From assembly GCF_002113885.1 (NCBI RefSeq), contig NW_018408802.1, positions 419,706-483,705 on the forward strand: DNA of 64,000 nt, written 5' to 3'. The stretch's first letter is position 1; every line of letters begins with the position of its first letter. Source of the DNA: Mizuhopecten yessoensis (lineage: Eukaryota). Below are positions 39,919 through 53,539 of this stretch, piece by piece. Both the position numbers and the translations under genes were made by a program. The notes beneath the pieces were generated by a model, which saw only the letters and a program-made list of their open reading frames with translations, was not told the origin of the DNA and ran no database searches.

Positions 39919-42900
39919 CTGAAATTGATAAATGATGAATTTATAAAGAATAAATTGAATATTTGGATATTTTTGCTAAATTCTTTCTAAGAAATAGTTC
40001 AATATAAAAAGTTTATTTATACTTTTAAATATATTTATATTGGCCCCAATATCCATCAAAATTAAAAATCTTTAATAGAACTTTTAAATGACTGTTTCAT
40101 TAATTTTGAATATTTATTTGTGTTTTCAATTATGGCTGCCATGGTAACCAGTTATTATTTGCATAAATTAAAGATATTTGAATTTTGACAGTTTTTTTCA
40201 CCTAGTTTTCTCTTAGCTACCATAAAGCGCCTTTTTAAACAACCTTTATATTTATCCTAAAGATGTATTACAAGTGCCTACACATTATCCTTTGATATTA
40301 AGTTTGTTCAAGCATGCACTCTATAGTTAAGAGGAGAAAAAATATGCAAAATATGACAATATTCACTGAACATTATTTTTCTTTTCTAATTTACGCAAAT
40401 TTGAACTTGTTACCATGGCAGCAATAAATAGAAATACAAATAAATAATTTCATGATAGTATTTGGGAAGTATTCAAAATTCAAAATTAAAGATATAAATG
40501 TTGGAAAGTTTATCTAAAGGTTTTGAATTTTGATGCATTTGGGGGCCAAAACGCACCCAAACCATACACAGTCCTTTGTTGTATTCAACAACCTTGTAGA
40601 TTTCAAAGACAAATATCAATCTAAATGCGGGGTCATTTGAAATGTCTATCTAAATAAATAAATTATTTACAAAGAAGAACATTTGCAGACTTACCTTGGC
40701 ACTGTGAGTCTTGGGCCTTGCTCCACTGGCCGAGCTCAGTGATCCGTAGCCAGAACTGCCCCCGTAACTGTTGTCACGCGAGTGTATGGGTGTGAACATC
40801 CCTGTCTCAGACGACACACCACTGTCGGTGGAGGTTACCTCAGAAGGGCCTGAAGATGAATATTCCTGTTCTCCTAGATACCAGAAAATAATTTAAAAAA
40901 AAGTATAGATTAAAAAAGGAGTAGGGTTGAATTGATTGACCATATGCTACAGCTTTCTTGTGTGAAATACACTTCAATAATGTGTTTATATTTACTGACA
41001 ATTATTTTTCAATCTGTATCTCCAGATGGCTATGTAAATTCCTACATAATAACACACACTAAGAAATAACACATACACAGGGATAATCTTTTATATTTCA
41101 AGGTGTGTGGTTAAATACATGTTAGGTAATTCTTCACAACATTAAAACATATCTAACACCTCTGTGCAACACAATTCATTAAGCAACCTATATAGATATA
41201 AATTTCATTCAGGACTTGCAACAGAACCTGTTTACTTTTATAACAAACTTGTACATATATTTTACTATGAACACACTTAAATTATTGCGACCTAAGTTGA
41301 ATACTAAACTTTTTGATAATGAGCTGTGTCATTCTATATACAAAAACTCAGACAGATGAAGGTGAATCTATCAAAAACTTGCAAATGTTTGGCACTAACA
41401 ATACATCAACACTAGACTAGTACTGGACATATGAATGTACTTCAAGATAACCACTGCAGTAGTCAAGACCCAGGCTACATTCACGTATCCCGGTTGAAAC
41501 GGTATGTGTAGCGCAGAAATTTTCCACGATAAACGAACACACTTGGACCGTTCTATAAGCAGAGCTAAAAATCCACAGTTTCGGAGAAAAAACACCAGTG
41601 TTTCAAGAATATTATGACCTTCTTTCATCCGTCCACTGAATTACCTAACGTAACTTAAAAACTACATGTGACTTGACATTGTTTTAGAAAGAAATAACGC
41701 AAATTGGCAATAGTCAGCATTTTAGTTTCGGTCAGGCACGTCTGGACCCCTCAATCTAAACGTGCCAAATTTTCCTGAGGTCAGCCTCGGTCCAGATCTG
41801 TACCTGTCGTTTTCTTTACAGGTTCAACCGATTCAACCGTTTCAACCGGTAACGCGAATGTACCCCCAGTTGCTCAGCAAAGCAAAGACAAGGGGAGGTA
41901 ACTCCCATGCAACATTAACTTTAGACAGGGTAGCATACCTTCCATCTCCATCAGTTGTAGAAGTTGACTGATAGCCAAGTCCACATCATACTGGCAATCC
42001 ATCAACGTCTCCGTCACCCGGCCTTCATCCTTTACAACAACAAAAAGTAAACCCTGAGCAACATCTCTGTCACTTTCTTCATCATTTACTAAAGATGGTA
42101 AGCAACAATCTAATAATATTGTTTGCAATTTTCATTGACTATATCAGAGTTATTCTTTTAGATCAGCAGCAAAATTAAAATAACCCTGAACAAAAGCTTA
42201 ATACTCAGCTTTTATGCTTCACAATAATGACAAAAAGGAATGGAAAAGGTTTCTTGAAAAAAAACACCCAAAGGTTCAGCTTTGTTACTCAAGGCAATGA
42301 GCACAATACCGAGAGAAATTAGGAGAATTTTTTTTTATTTTTTTTATTTACTTAAATTGTAATTTGTTCCCCAATTGTTTTAAGGAAAAGATTTCTCCTA
42401 CCTAGAAGTGGGGGAAAATAAAGTAAGTTCTACTTAAAACACTGCATTTCACCTTGGTATTTCAAAGGTACATACCATACATCCAGTGGCGGCCATTACT
42501 TCATATTCTATACTCTGTTCATCCCTCAGTGCTGACACCACACCTTGACCTCTGACCTCTTGCTGAACTTTCATAGCAGAGGATGTGTTGATCTTCATGG
42601 TCGGTCGTCCAGACTTATCAGACCCACAGTCCACCTGTTGAGGATATTGGAAACAAAATGTGAGAAACAGGTATTTAGCATGAGGCATTGTAGTCTATGA
42701 TTGCCATTTGAAATCAACCTGTGAAATATGGGAGAGACATAGTATTGTTTCAGTCATTGCTCTTGAATTGGTTGGTTTACTGCAATTTTATTTGAAACAT
42801 TTGCAAGTGGTCTATGTTTGCAAACCATATTTTGATGATGCAAACTTTCTCGTTCAGCCTGTATGTGCCAACTGTGTCATTTAAGTCTACTCTTAATTCC

Positions 42901-45900
42901 TTGAAGGTTTTCACATTATATAAATATGTGAAAACTTTGAAGATCAATGCAGAGCAATACTATTATGTAATAATAAGGGGTATGATTATAACATCAAGTA
43001 AATACAAGTAGTAATTTCAAAATGATTGCCATTTAAAATGTGAAATACACTGTACTTAATTCATCAACCTTAATTAATAATTTTGCAATTATGATATAAG
43101 GAAACAGAAGCTTTCAAACTTTGACTTTCAACCTTTAATTAATTAGGAACTGACCTTCAGTCGGAGATTGGCTTGGGATTCTGTGTTGTCACTGAGGTGT
43201 CTCACACTGGAATAGTGGTCACCATTGTGGTAGGCGATGTGTATCTGTCGAGCATTGGGCGTCGGCTTGGAAAGGCCCTGAATCTATATACAAATATAAT
43301 ACAAACAGATGTAAGTAACAGTCAAGTATACCATAGTTTTCATACAGAACACACAGCAAATTGCTTTAAACTTTAGAATAGATCATATCTATATATGTAT
43401 GACCAAAAGTTTAGTTTTCACAGATATTCCTTCAGATCCCTTTCTGCAAATTATTTTCATTGTTCTTTTCACAGCTTTCTATTCCAATGATAAATCACCA
43501 TTAAAAAACAGCCTTTTTAATCTAGCCACTGTTATTGACACTAGCTGGAAAAATGAGACACCTTCGCATTAATACATTATATGAAAGAAAATTATGTTTA
43601 AAGCAGTCTAGCCATGTTGAAGTTTTACTCACAGAACACTGTTTATTATTATATACATTGTATTACGTTTACTTCATCTTCATAACAATTTGTCATTAAG
43701 GTCCCGCAAGGTTTGATTTTCTCTCCAGAAATGATTTATCAAAGCTATATTGACGCCAGAAACAAGGTTCTAACGCACGGTTACAGTTTTGGCAGTGATA
43801 CTGGGACCACTATGTTGTTTTCCTGTTGAGTGTACATACCAGAAGGAAGGGCGAGCTGAGCTGGTGGATGATTACATTGACCTGTTGGAGTCTAGCAAAA
43901 GCTACGATAGCATCATTTCCTGCGTACGTACCAATTTTTCGTAGATTCTGAACTGAAATAAGATAAAAAGAAAATATAATACATTGTATACAAAGCTTAA
44001 TGGAAAAGTCTATTTAATTTGTAATCTTGTCAGTGAAAATTTCCAATTTAAGCCATTGTTAGCTTTTCTAGATCTCTGCAGTAATTATAAATGCAGATCT
44101 TATAGAGCTACAGTAGTGTGTGATGCATAGCTTTATGTAGTAGATTTTGAGATTTGGAGTTATATGGGAAGACAGAGTACACAACCATACATCAATACTC
44201 AGGGACAATGGCTGTTTACACCTAATTAACTCCTCACACTCAATCTTATAAATACAGGGTCCATCAGTTTTCTACATGAAAACCAAATCAATCATTTTTG
44301 ATCATTTTTATACCACTTTTTTTAAAACAATACATATTGGTATAACTTCTAGTTGTAGTTGTAAGTAGCACATATTAGTGTAGGTGTAGTCAACAGGTGA
44401 CTTATACAAACTACCAGGGGTCATTAGGTGCTAAATCAGACTTAGGGATTAGTGGGCGCAAGAGTAGAGGTGTTTATGGGTAAGAGGTCTCAGAGTATTT
44501 CAGAGGTCAGAGGGGTCAGGAGAAGAGGTGTTTGTAGGTTAAAGCTCTGAGGAAGACGGGTTCAGTGGTGAGAAGGGTTAAGGAAAGCGGGTTTTAGAGG
44601 TGAGAGGGGTATAGGAAAGCAGGTTTAAGAGGTTAGAGGGGTCATGGGTAGAGGGGGTTAAAGGGGTCAGGGGTAAAGCGGGCAAGAGGGATCAGGAGTG
44701 GGGTTCACAGGTTAGAGGGCTCAGGTAGTAGGGTTCTGAGGTTAGAGGGGGGCAGAGGGGTTAGGGGTAGAGGAGTTCAGAGTTTAGAGGGGTCAGGGGT
44801 AGAGGGGTTTCGTGGTTAGATGGGTCTTGAGAAGAGGGATTTAGAAGATTAAAGGAGTCAGAGATAGAGGGGTTCATATAATACAATAGGTAAGATGGTC
44901 AAATGGTTCAATAGGGCAATATGATTCAGGTTCCATAATGAACCAAGGAATATCATGTCTATTTGAAATTACACAAGATGATTTATACAAGGGAAGAGAT
45001 CGATGGGCAGTGTTAACTGGTATATCATTCTATGTATCAAAACTCAGGTGTTAGAGGCCTTCAGGGATAATTCATTTTAGAAAATCAGACAGCAGAGTTT
45101 AAAAATTAGAGAAGATCAATTATAAATGATTTTCAAGATAATTCTATTGGAGAGGATTGTGACAGAGCTTAAGGGTTAAATCAAAGTTGGTTAGATTAAC
45201 TAACAGGGTTAGGAATATCCAGCTTAGATAAAGTACAGGTAACAGGTATGATCCAGGATAATTAAATGGTTATAGTGTTAGCGTAGATAAAGTTCCACCT
45301 GAAATCATGAATAGCTATATAAGTATATAGATCCAAAATTACTGTGATATTATTATTGAACACCTAGAACTCACTGTGTCGATCAAATGGAACGTCGTCC
45401 TCCACAAATGGTTCAAAGTCTTCCCGGTGTTCTGACATGAAGTTGACAACATCATATCGGTACTTGAAGTGGTTCCTACCATGACCCTCCAGTTGGTCCC
45501 CCAAAGCTCGGAATAGACAATTCCTAGAAGAAATATTTACATACACTTAGCATTACAGAAGTCTTTAGCAAATCACGGATGGTCAGTCTGTTGACAAATT
45601 GGCTCCCAAGTATTTAATTAAGCTGCAGTTACCATTTTTCACTTATATATCCATCTATAGCACTTGTTGAGAAAAAATGCTAACCACTGTTCATCAATGG
45701 TTTAATGTGATTCTCTGAGGTAATCCACCAGTATTATCAGAGCATATTTCAATATGAAGTCACATGACCATGTACCAACAAGGTATAACAGGTAAAAAAA
45801 ACTTTGTAAAGTAAAGATACAACAGAACTCAACTTCTCCTTTGAAAGATCCTGTAAACTAAGAGACCATATCAGTGTTTCTTAACACATCAACAAACAGG

Positions 45901-46216
45901 ATGTCTCAGATCTTTTACACCTTCATCCATCCCCTGGAATATCTCCTTTATTCATGTGTCCCCCTGCCAGGATGTCTTGTACATGTACTTACCCATCTCC
46001 TGGGATATCCCTCAGTTGTAGACCAATCTTGCTGAGCTGCATCTTAAAACTTGGAAAATTACCATCGTCAGAGAGGTAAGAGACTACCTTTCTCTCACGT
46101 TTGTGGTGCTCTCGCACAGCCCGCTCCTCCCGCTTCCGTGACACAACATCCTGTCGGTAGTGCTGAGACTTTGTCATTCTCGGATCATAAACGTACTGCA
46201 CTCCCCTCGCAGACAT
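39742..46216 (-). CDS. OTUD3: OTU domain deubiquitinase 3, 8 coding exons, 406 aa
   Basis: Exons 46216-45993, 45523-45375, 43952-43840, 43283-43155, 42634-42476, 42029-41939, 40873-40695, 39918-39742 in frame; catalytic [45 protein letters not shown]; UBA-like segment; C-terminal [21 protein letters not shown] as in OTUD3. Confidence 0.93.
40040..40550. mobile_element. MITE-like foldback element in an OTUD3 intron
   Basis: TTGGCCCC..CATCAAAATT termini inverted; internal inverted GCTGCCATGGTAAC/GTTACCATGGCAGC. Confidence 0.6.
40695..40873 (-). CDS. OTUD3: OTUD3 Ser/Gly-rich exon
   Basis: [22 protein letters not shown]...SSGYGSLSS...HSAK; phases fit both neighbours. Confidence 0.78.
41472..41867. 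mobile_element. Non-autonomous DNA transposon with ~30-bp TIRs
   Basis: GGCTACATTCACGTATCCCGGTTGAAACGG versus CCGTTTCAACCGGTAACGCGAATGTACCCC; left end recurs at about 56535-56620. Confidence 0.7.
41939..42029 (-). CDS. OTUD3: OTUD3 exon (UBA-like)
   Basis: [30 protein letters not shown]. Confidence 0.82.
42476..42634 (-). CDS. OTUD3: OTUD3 exon
   Basis: VDCGSDK...[12 protein letters not shown], phase 0/0. Confidence 0.8.
43155..43283 (-). CDS. OTUD3: OTUD3 exon (catalytic His)
   Basis: [30 protein letters not shown]...NLRLK. Confidence 0.9.
43840..43952 (-). CDS. OTUD3: OTUD3 exon
   Basis: [38 protein letters not shown]. Confidence 0.9.
44455..44875. repeat. Degenerate G/purine-rich minisatellite
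   Basis: Recurring GAGGTTAGAGGGGTCAGGGGTAGAGG-like unit. Confidence 0.7.
45375..45523 (-). CDS. OTUD3: OTUD3 exon (catalytic Cys)
   Basis: [13 protein letters not shown]...[14 protein letters not shown], donor GTGAGT. Confidence 0.92.
45993..46216 (-). CDS. OTUD3: OTUD3 first coding exon
   Basis: Acceptor at 46245, ATG at 46216, MSARG...[11 protein letters not shown], donor GTAAGT. Confidence 0.9.
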
Positions 46217-46632
46217 GGAAATAGACTAAGGACCAAAGCTGTCCCTATAAATAGAAAGATAGTGTTAAAAATTAAGCAATGAAATCCAGTGTACGTATTT
46301 ATAAGTCAGTGCAAGTGTTATTTCCATGATGGATGCTACCTTTAGACAAACTTAGAATACTTCATTTCCCGAGATGCAGGTTTATGAAGACTTAAGTTAC
46401 AATTAGCAACTATACAGTTGCGTGATAAAACAATCATTATTATATACTTGAAAATTTCCTGCAATCACATTGCAATTGGCCGGATCCTATACACGTGACA
46501 AGTCCTCAAAAACTCATGTAGTCTGGTTATCTGGTGAAAATCAATTTCTAAATATAGCCTGTATTTATTTTACACAGAGTCTCGTTCCAGAACATTACAA
46601 ATTGTATTGTTGAAGCATATAATAAAACAGTT

Positions 46633-46770
46633 ATGGGCTTTTGTGCTGGTAAATATAATGTGATATGAACCTGAAAAAGTTATATAGACCTCGGCTTTAC
46701 CTCAGTCAAATTATCACTTTTTCAGGTTCATATCATGTATCCACATCATATTCACCAGCACAAAAGTCCA
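46633..46770. mobile_element. Palindromic MITE
   Basis: ATGGGCTTTTGTGCTGGT...GATATGAACCTGAAAAAG versus CTTTTTCAGGTTCATATC...ACCAGCACAAAAGTCCAT. Confidence 0.7.
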
Positions 46771-47043
46771 TCATCGTATAATGTTTTACATCATGCCCAA
46801 TACATATATATATACAGTATACACACAACAGTAGAGTCAGTGCCTTGTTATTTTTTGTTGTCACTACCACAGTCCTCAATTTGAGGACATGGCATTATAC
46901 TGGGATTTGACTGAGAAAATGATTTACAAGGCAGACCTTGTCAATGAGTGGTGGTATATCATACAAATGTAATAAGATGTTAAGTGTATACTTACAAGAG
47001 CAGGATAAGTTTAGTGTATAGCAGCATTAATATCTTCATAAGA

Positions 47044-47233
47044 ATGTTTTGTCACTGTTAAGTCATGAAGGATCTTCGTATGTATGTTTTGTCACTGTTA
47101 AGTCATGAAGGATCTTCGTATGTATGTTTTGTCACTGTTAAGTCATGAAGGATCTTCGTATGTATGTTTTGTCACTGTTAAGTCATGAAGGATCTTCGTA
47201 TGTATGTTTTGTCACTGTTAAGTCATGAAGGAT
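47044..47233. repeat. 40-bp minisatellite, about 4.7 copies
   Basis: ATGTTTTGTCACTGTTAAGTCATGAAGGATCTTCGTATGT unit. Confidence 0.92.
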
Positions 47234-48852
47234 GTTGAGTTTATGAAGTTTGACTCCTGATTAGGTACATATTATATAGTATTTATGGTAAACCAAGTGC
47301 TTAAATATTTGGTTAGTTTATATAAATGTATGGCTGTGCCTCATTTAGTCAAGTGTGTAGATGTATTGTAACTTGTATCTATAGCAATCTAGTGTGTGTA
47401 TACGTAACACAGAGACTCAGCACCATTTATGATCCAAATGATTTGGCATAATTTAGTGTTTAAAGCAGAAACAAATGCTCTAAAACATTCAATCAATCTG
47501 TCAGAATCTAAAATAGCAGCAATAGTGTGTGCGTCATGAAAACTAATTAATTGAGAGTTAAATCAATATCACACAAAAACAATCACGTCAAGGAAGTCAC
47601 ATGCACAACTGCTTAAATACATCAGCACATTAATCATATAGATGAAAGGGCAAATCGATATAAGACCCTTTCATGAAAGAAAACATTTGGTCAAGACACA
47701 TCCTGTACATAACAAATACACCAGTGTTCTGTATCCTAATTAGGAACCCCTATGTGTGTCTACAAGAGCCTGCTATTTACAACATGTCCAGTATATGAGT
47801 CTCTTGTTGAGCAGGCTGAGACAGTTAATTATCAAATACCAGAGGTATTATTCCCATCTTCTCAAGATCAGCTCCCTTCCTATAATCAATACTTAGTCAG
47901 ACACTTAGCTATAGTCTACTTAAACAAACTGGCTCACCCACAAACAATACAAATACTGTTGTACATAAAATATAGCTGTATAATACTTAATGCTAATATG
48001 TAACGACTCAATGTTCCTTGGACATAAGGTATACAATACAAGTATAAAATGGACAGGTAACAACTAATTTGCAACCCAAATGACTGTAATGGTACACTTT
48101 AATGTAGACAGTAAATCTTAACATTTTGTAATTTAAATATGCTAAACAATAATGAATTCTCAGCAAATATGTCTGTTCCCTTTGTCCAGGTGATATCTTA
48201 CCTCACATCGCTGAACAAATGTACACAGAAAGTGCCAGAGCATTTTTTTTTTATCTCAATAAATCAATGATACACGATACCAGTCCTATCTGGTACAAAA
48301 CAACAACAAAAAGGGTAATACACACTTTGAATGTATAATATGACTTTGTGAGCAGGTCAAGGTCAAGGTCATTTGGTATGTCAAGAATTACAAAGGCAAC
48401 TGGTGCATGTATGAAGAGAATGTATACTGTGAGCTTAAATTTGAATTCATGCAGATCAAGTGTTTTTCACGTTTTCATCCGGAAATTATACTTGTGCAGA
48501 GTAGAATTCATGGAAAAGTCGGCATTCCATGATGTTTTATCTCAGCAAAACATTTTAACTTTTAATTGTGCTCTTAAATTTATTCCTATTAAAATCCTTA
48601 ATTTGGTGTTTGTTAAAAAGATAATGTTTACTGCTTTGATATTTTTAACTTATAAAAAATTTGAATGTGTCGTGTAAACATTTTACCAGTATTAAAACCA
48701 TATGCATGTTTATAACATGAATGGAATATACTTCAAATTGGATGTAACCAATTACCTTTTAATAAATAAAGACATTTGTCAATAAAGCAAAATTTTAATT
48801 CATTTAAAATGTAACAGGACATTTGATTGTTCAATCAAAATAATATGCAAAA

Positions 48853-50076
48853 GTTTTATGTACAGGGGTGGTTGGGTTGTGCAGTGGTTTTATGTACTGT
48901 TAGGGTTGGTTGGGAGGTGTAGTGGTTTTATATACTGGGGTGGTTGGGAGGTGTAGTACATGGTTTTATGTACTGGGATGGTTAGGCTGTGCAGTGGTTT
49001 TATATACTGGGTTGGTTGGGAGGTGTAGTGGTTTTATATACTGGGGTGGTTGGGAGGTGCAATGGTTTTATGTACTGGGGTGGTTGGGAGGTGTAGTGGT
49101 TGTATGTACTGGGGTGGTTGGTAGGTGTAGTACATGGTTTTATGTACTGGGGTGGTTGGGTTGTGCAGTGGTTTTATGTACTGTTAGGGGTGGTTGAGAG
49201 GTGTAGTGGTTTTATGTACTAAGGTGGTTGGGAGGTGTAGTACATGGTTTTATGTACTGCTAGGGGTGGTTGGGAGGTGTAGTAGTTTTATGTACTAGGG
49301 TGGTTGGGAGGTGTAGTAGTTTTATGTACTGGGGTGGTTGGGTTGTGCAGTGGTTTTATGTACTGTTAGGGGTGGTTGAGAAGTGTAGTGGTTTTATGTA
49401 CTAAGGTGGTTGGGAGGTGCAGTGGTTTTATGTACTGTTAGGGGTGGTTGGGAGGTGTAGTGGTTTTAAGTACTGGGGTGGTTGGGAGGTGTAGTACATG
49501 GTTTTATGTTCATACTGTTAGGGGTGGTTAGGAGGTGTAGTGGTTTTATGTACTGTTAGGGGTGGTTGAGAAGTGTAGAGTGGGTATGTACTAAGGGGGT
49601 TGGGAGGTGTAGTAGTTTTATGTACTGGGGTGGTTGGGAGGTGTAGTACATGGTTTTATGTTCATACTGTTAGGGGTGGTTAGGAGGTGTAGTGGTTTTA
49701 TGTACTGTTAGGGGTGGTTGGGAGGTGGAGTGGGTTTATGTACTGTAAGGGGGGGGTGGGAGGGGTAGTGGTTTTATGTACTGTTAGGGGTGGGTGGGAG
49801 GTGTAGTGGTTTTATGTACTGGGGTGGTTGGGAGGTGTAGTGGTTTTATGTACTGTAAGGGGTGGTTGGGAGATGTAGTGGTTTTATGTACTGTTAGGGG
49901 TGGTTGGGTGGTGCAGTGGTTTTATGTACTGTTAGGGGTGGTTAGGAGGTGTAGTGGTTTTATGTACTGTTAGGGGTGGTTAGGAGGTGCAGTACGTGGT
50001 TTTATGTACTGGGGTGGTTGGGAGGTGTAGTTCGTGGTTTTATGTACTGTTAGGGGTGGTGGGGAGGTGCAGTGGT
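48853..50076. repeat. G/T-rich ~34-40-bp minisatellite, about 30 copies
   Basis: GGTTTTATGTACT(GTTA)GGGGTGGTTGGGAGGTGTAGT unit. Confidence 0.92.
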
Positions 50077-50236
50077 TAATGCACTCTCCTTTCACAAAGG
50101 TGGCCGTGGGTTTTCTGCAGGTACTCCGGGTTCCTCCTACATTAAGTCCCTCTGCACGCTTCAATCCAGGCCATCAACATTGATTTATATAGGTTAGAGA
50201 ACTTGTTCCCAATTGTTGTAGAATAAATAAAGTTTA
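50052..50236 (+). mobile_element. tRNA-derived SINE (V-domain-like), B-box region deleted
   Basis: GGTGCAGTGGTTAATGCACTCTCCTTTCAC head, GTGGGTTTTCTGCAGGTACTCCGGGTTCCTCC core, AATAAATAAAGTTT tail. Confidence 0.75.
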
Positions 50237-52515
50237 TATTATATATCGACTGTTTGTCTGTAGTCTCAATCTTAGATATGACTATAATGCCTTGAATTTG
50301 AAATTTTAGATGCATTTTTAAATTTGTTGTAAAAATTTTTCCATAAAAGGTGTGAAAATAACACTGCCATGAAAATGACCTTGTATACAGTAATTATAGA
50401 GATTATGTGTTGTATAGGTAACAGTGTGTAAAGCCACAGTATTGTTATACATATTGTGTTTGAGATTTTAACATTGCTAACAATCTGGAAAGTAATACTG
50501 AGAGTCGGCCATTAAAACAATTATTTCAGTCGTTCATATTTACTTTTTGAAAGGGATTTCAATTATAAAAACATTTTTTGAAGAAACCACGCAATTTGGA
50601 TGAAATGTAAACAGGTGCAATCTATGATGAAATAGTTAAAAGACTTTGTCCAAAAAGTTCAGTTTAAGGTTGAAAGCCAAACCAGAGGTACAGCAAATTG
50701 ATATAGTTAACAGTTATAAGCAGAGCTAAAATTGAAGCCTAGCTAATAATGGAAGTTTAAAGTATATTATTTAGTGTTTGTCTGTAGAGTTAAAAATTAC
50801 TATACAGGTCAGTTATGAATTCCTAAGTGCATTAATGTACTAGTAGTGAGTACCAGAAAAGCTGTTAGATCATGCAGGTTGTGTGACTCCTGGTGTAAAT
50901 ATAAGGGACAATCAAGGTATATATATTTGACCTCTAAACATGTACTCATACACTTATACACTCCTCTTAAATTGTTTAACTGCCCATAGTGAAATTACTT
51001 ACAATAAGCATGCTGAACGAATCTAGCCCCCAGGCTGAAGTTAATGGTATTTAGAGGTTAGCAGGTTACAGGTATATATACTCTTTTTAATACAATATAT
51101 GTATATGTAATAATGAATTGTGTATGTTATAATATGGTATAATGGGGGTGGAAAGTTTGGTGTACAACTTTTAAAGCTGTATAATACCATGGAGCAGAAA
51201 ACTAATAATTGTCACCTTTTGATAAAAGGGAGACAAATAAATCAAAGTGATCATTACAATACACCAGTATTTTATTGTACTATGTCAACTACATGAAAGT
51301 GTTTGACCATCTTTTGAAGAAAACATTTACAGATATCATGAACCAAGGTCTTTAAGAACGTAATTTGTTCATGAAATATTTTGTTTTATTCTTCGTACAC
51401 TATGGGGAAATTTTCTTAAAAGCTTAAAATGAGAAAGAAAAGTTGGCATAAATTATCACACCTTAGGAATTTGATAAGATGCAAATAACAATTAGTTTAT
51501 AGGCTGACATGGACACATAAATCACTGATGGTATCTTAGTGTCAGGGGTTTGTACCAAGGTGCACTTTGTACCAGCTACACTTAGGGAGATTGGGACAAC
51601 TTGCCATTAACCTGTATCAGGTGTACCAAGGTAAACTGTATCCGTCACTATGGTATTTTGTGTGGGTACATCCTAAACATTCGGGTTATTGTCACATTAA
51701 AAATCATGAACAAATATGGTGTACTTTTTCACATCGCTTTTTATAATTTTAGTATATGTAGGTTAATCAAATACATGTACACAGTGAGTATAGGATTGAA
51801 GTGACAATGCAACATTTTTACAGATACTTGAACAAATAATTTCACCACCACACAAAAACCAGTACATTGTGTATTGGTAAACTTAATTTCCGATTAAAAG
51901 AAAAAAACCACAAAATTAATAAGCTCTAAAACCTGTATACATGTACACGTATAAATGAATCGTCAGGTAATATATATCTTATTTATATATATTAAAGTGC
52001 GGGAACCATTAGCTCAATTAGACGCGATGAATTTATTTATTTTGAAATTTTAGATTATTCGGTCTGATTATTTAAAATTCAAATTTGATAATTAACATTT
52101 CAAATAAAATTTTGTTTATGAGACTTCGACATAGTTTGTATGGCTACCTTACATAATTAAGCACTTGCAATAAAAATAGTTGAAAAAATAAAGTCCTACC
52201 TGGGCCGTACCTTATCTGTATATCAACATCATTATAAACACTTCTGTGTCATCATTTATAACCGTCTGTAGCCCACACAGTGTAACCGACATAGTTTGTA
52301 TAAACACCAAGTACATTGGAATAACTATCCATGCATGGCTCCTAAAAGTGGGGTTTGAAATTAAAAGGATGGTCTCAATGGCAGCAATAAATACCAGGTA
52401 CATATCTCATACATGATGAACCTATGCAGTATTCATAAATGCGCTAGTAAAAGCATGTGAAAAATTTATAATTCTTTTCTGAAACAATAATTTAATGTTT
52501 TGTGAATGTAAACCT

Positions 52516-53026
52516 TGATGAGATTTTGTTTTCAAGTTTTAACATACATTGATGAGATTTCGTTTTCAAGTTTTAATATACGTTGATGAGATTTCATTTT
52601 CAAGTTTTTACATACGCTGATGAGATTTCGTTTTCAAGCTTTAACATACATTGATGAGATTTCGTTTTCAAGTTTTAACATAAGTTGATGAAATTTCGTT
52701 TTCAAGTTTTAACATACGTTGATGAGAATTCATTTTCAAACTTTAACATACGTTGATGAGATTTCGTTTTCAAGCTTTAACATACGTTGATGAGATTTCG
52801 TTTTAAAGCTTTAACATACGTTGATGAGATTTCGTTTTCAAACTTTAACATACGTTGATGAGATTTCATTTTCAAGCTTTAACATACGTTGATGAGATTT
52901 CGTTTTCAAACTTTAACATACGTTGATGAGATTTCGTTTTCAACCTTTAACATACGTTGATGAGATTTCGTTTTCAAGCTTTAACATACGTTGATGAGAT
53001 TTCGTTTTCAAGCTTTAACATACGTT
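52516..53026. repeat. 34-bp minisatellite, about 15 copies
   Basis: GTTGATGAGATTTCGTTTTCAAGCTTTAACATAC unit. Confidence 0.93.
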
Positions 53027-53061
53027 GCACTGATAAATGATTATGATGAAGCTTCTGCGTA

Positions 53062-53539
53062 AACAAATTGTGCTGTTTTTATAATGTGATAAGATGTACA
53101 GGGATGTACAGTGTGTATATAACAAATTGTGCTGTTTTTATAATGTGATAAGATGTACAGAAATGTATATAACAAATTGTGCTGTTTTTATAATGTGATA
53201 AGATCTACAGGGATGTACATGTATATAACAAACTGTGCTGTTTTTATAATGTGATAGCTAGGATGTACAGGGATGTACATAACAAATTGTGCTGTTTTTA
53301 TAATGTGATAAGATGTACAGGGATGTTTATAACAAATTGTGCTGTTTTTATAATGTGATAAGATCTACAGGGATGTACATGCATATAACAAACTGTGCTG
53401 TTTTTATAATGTGATAGCTAGGATGTACAGGGATGTACATAACAAATTGTGCTGTTTTTATAATGTGATAAGATGTACAGGGATGTATATAACAAATTGT
53501 GCTGTTTTTATAATGTGATAAGATCTACTGGGATGTACA
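53062..53539. repeat. ~50-59-bp minisatellite, about 9 copies
   Basis: AACAAATTGTGCTGTTTTTATAATGTGATAAGATGTACAGGGATGTATAT unit. Confidence 0.92.
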
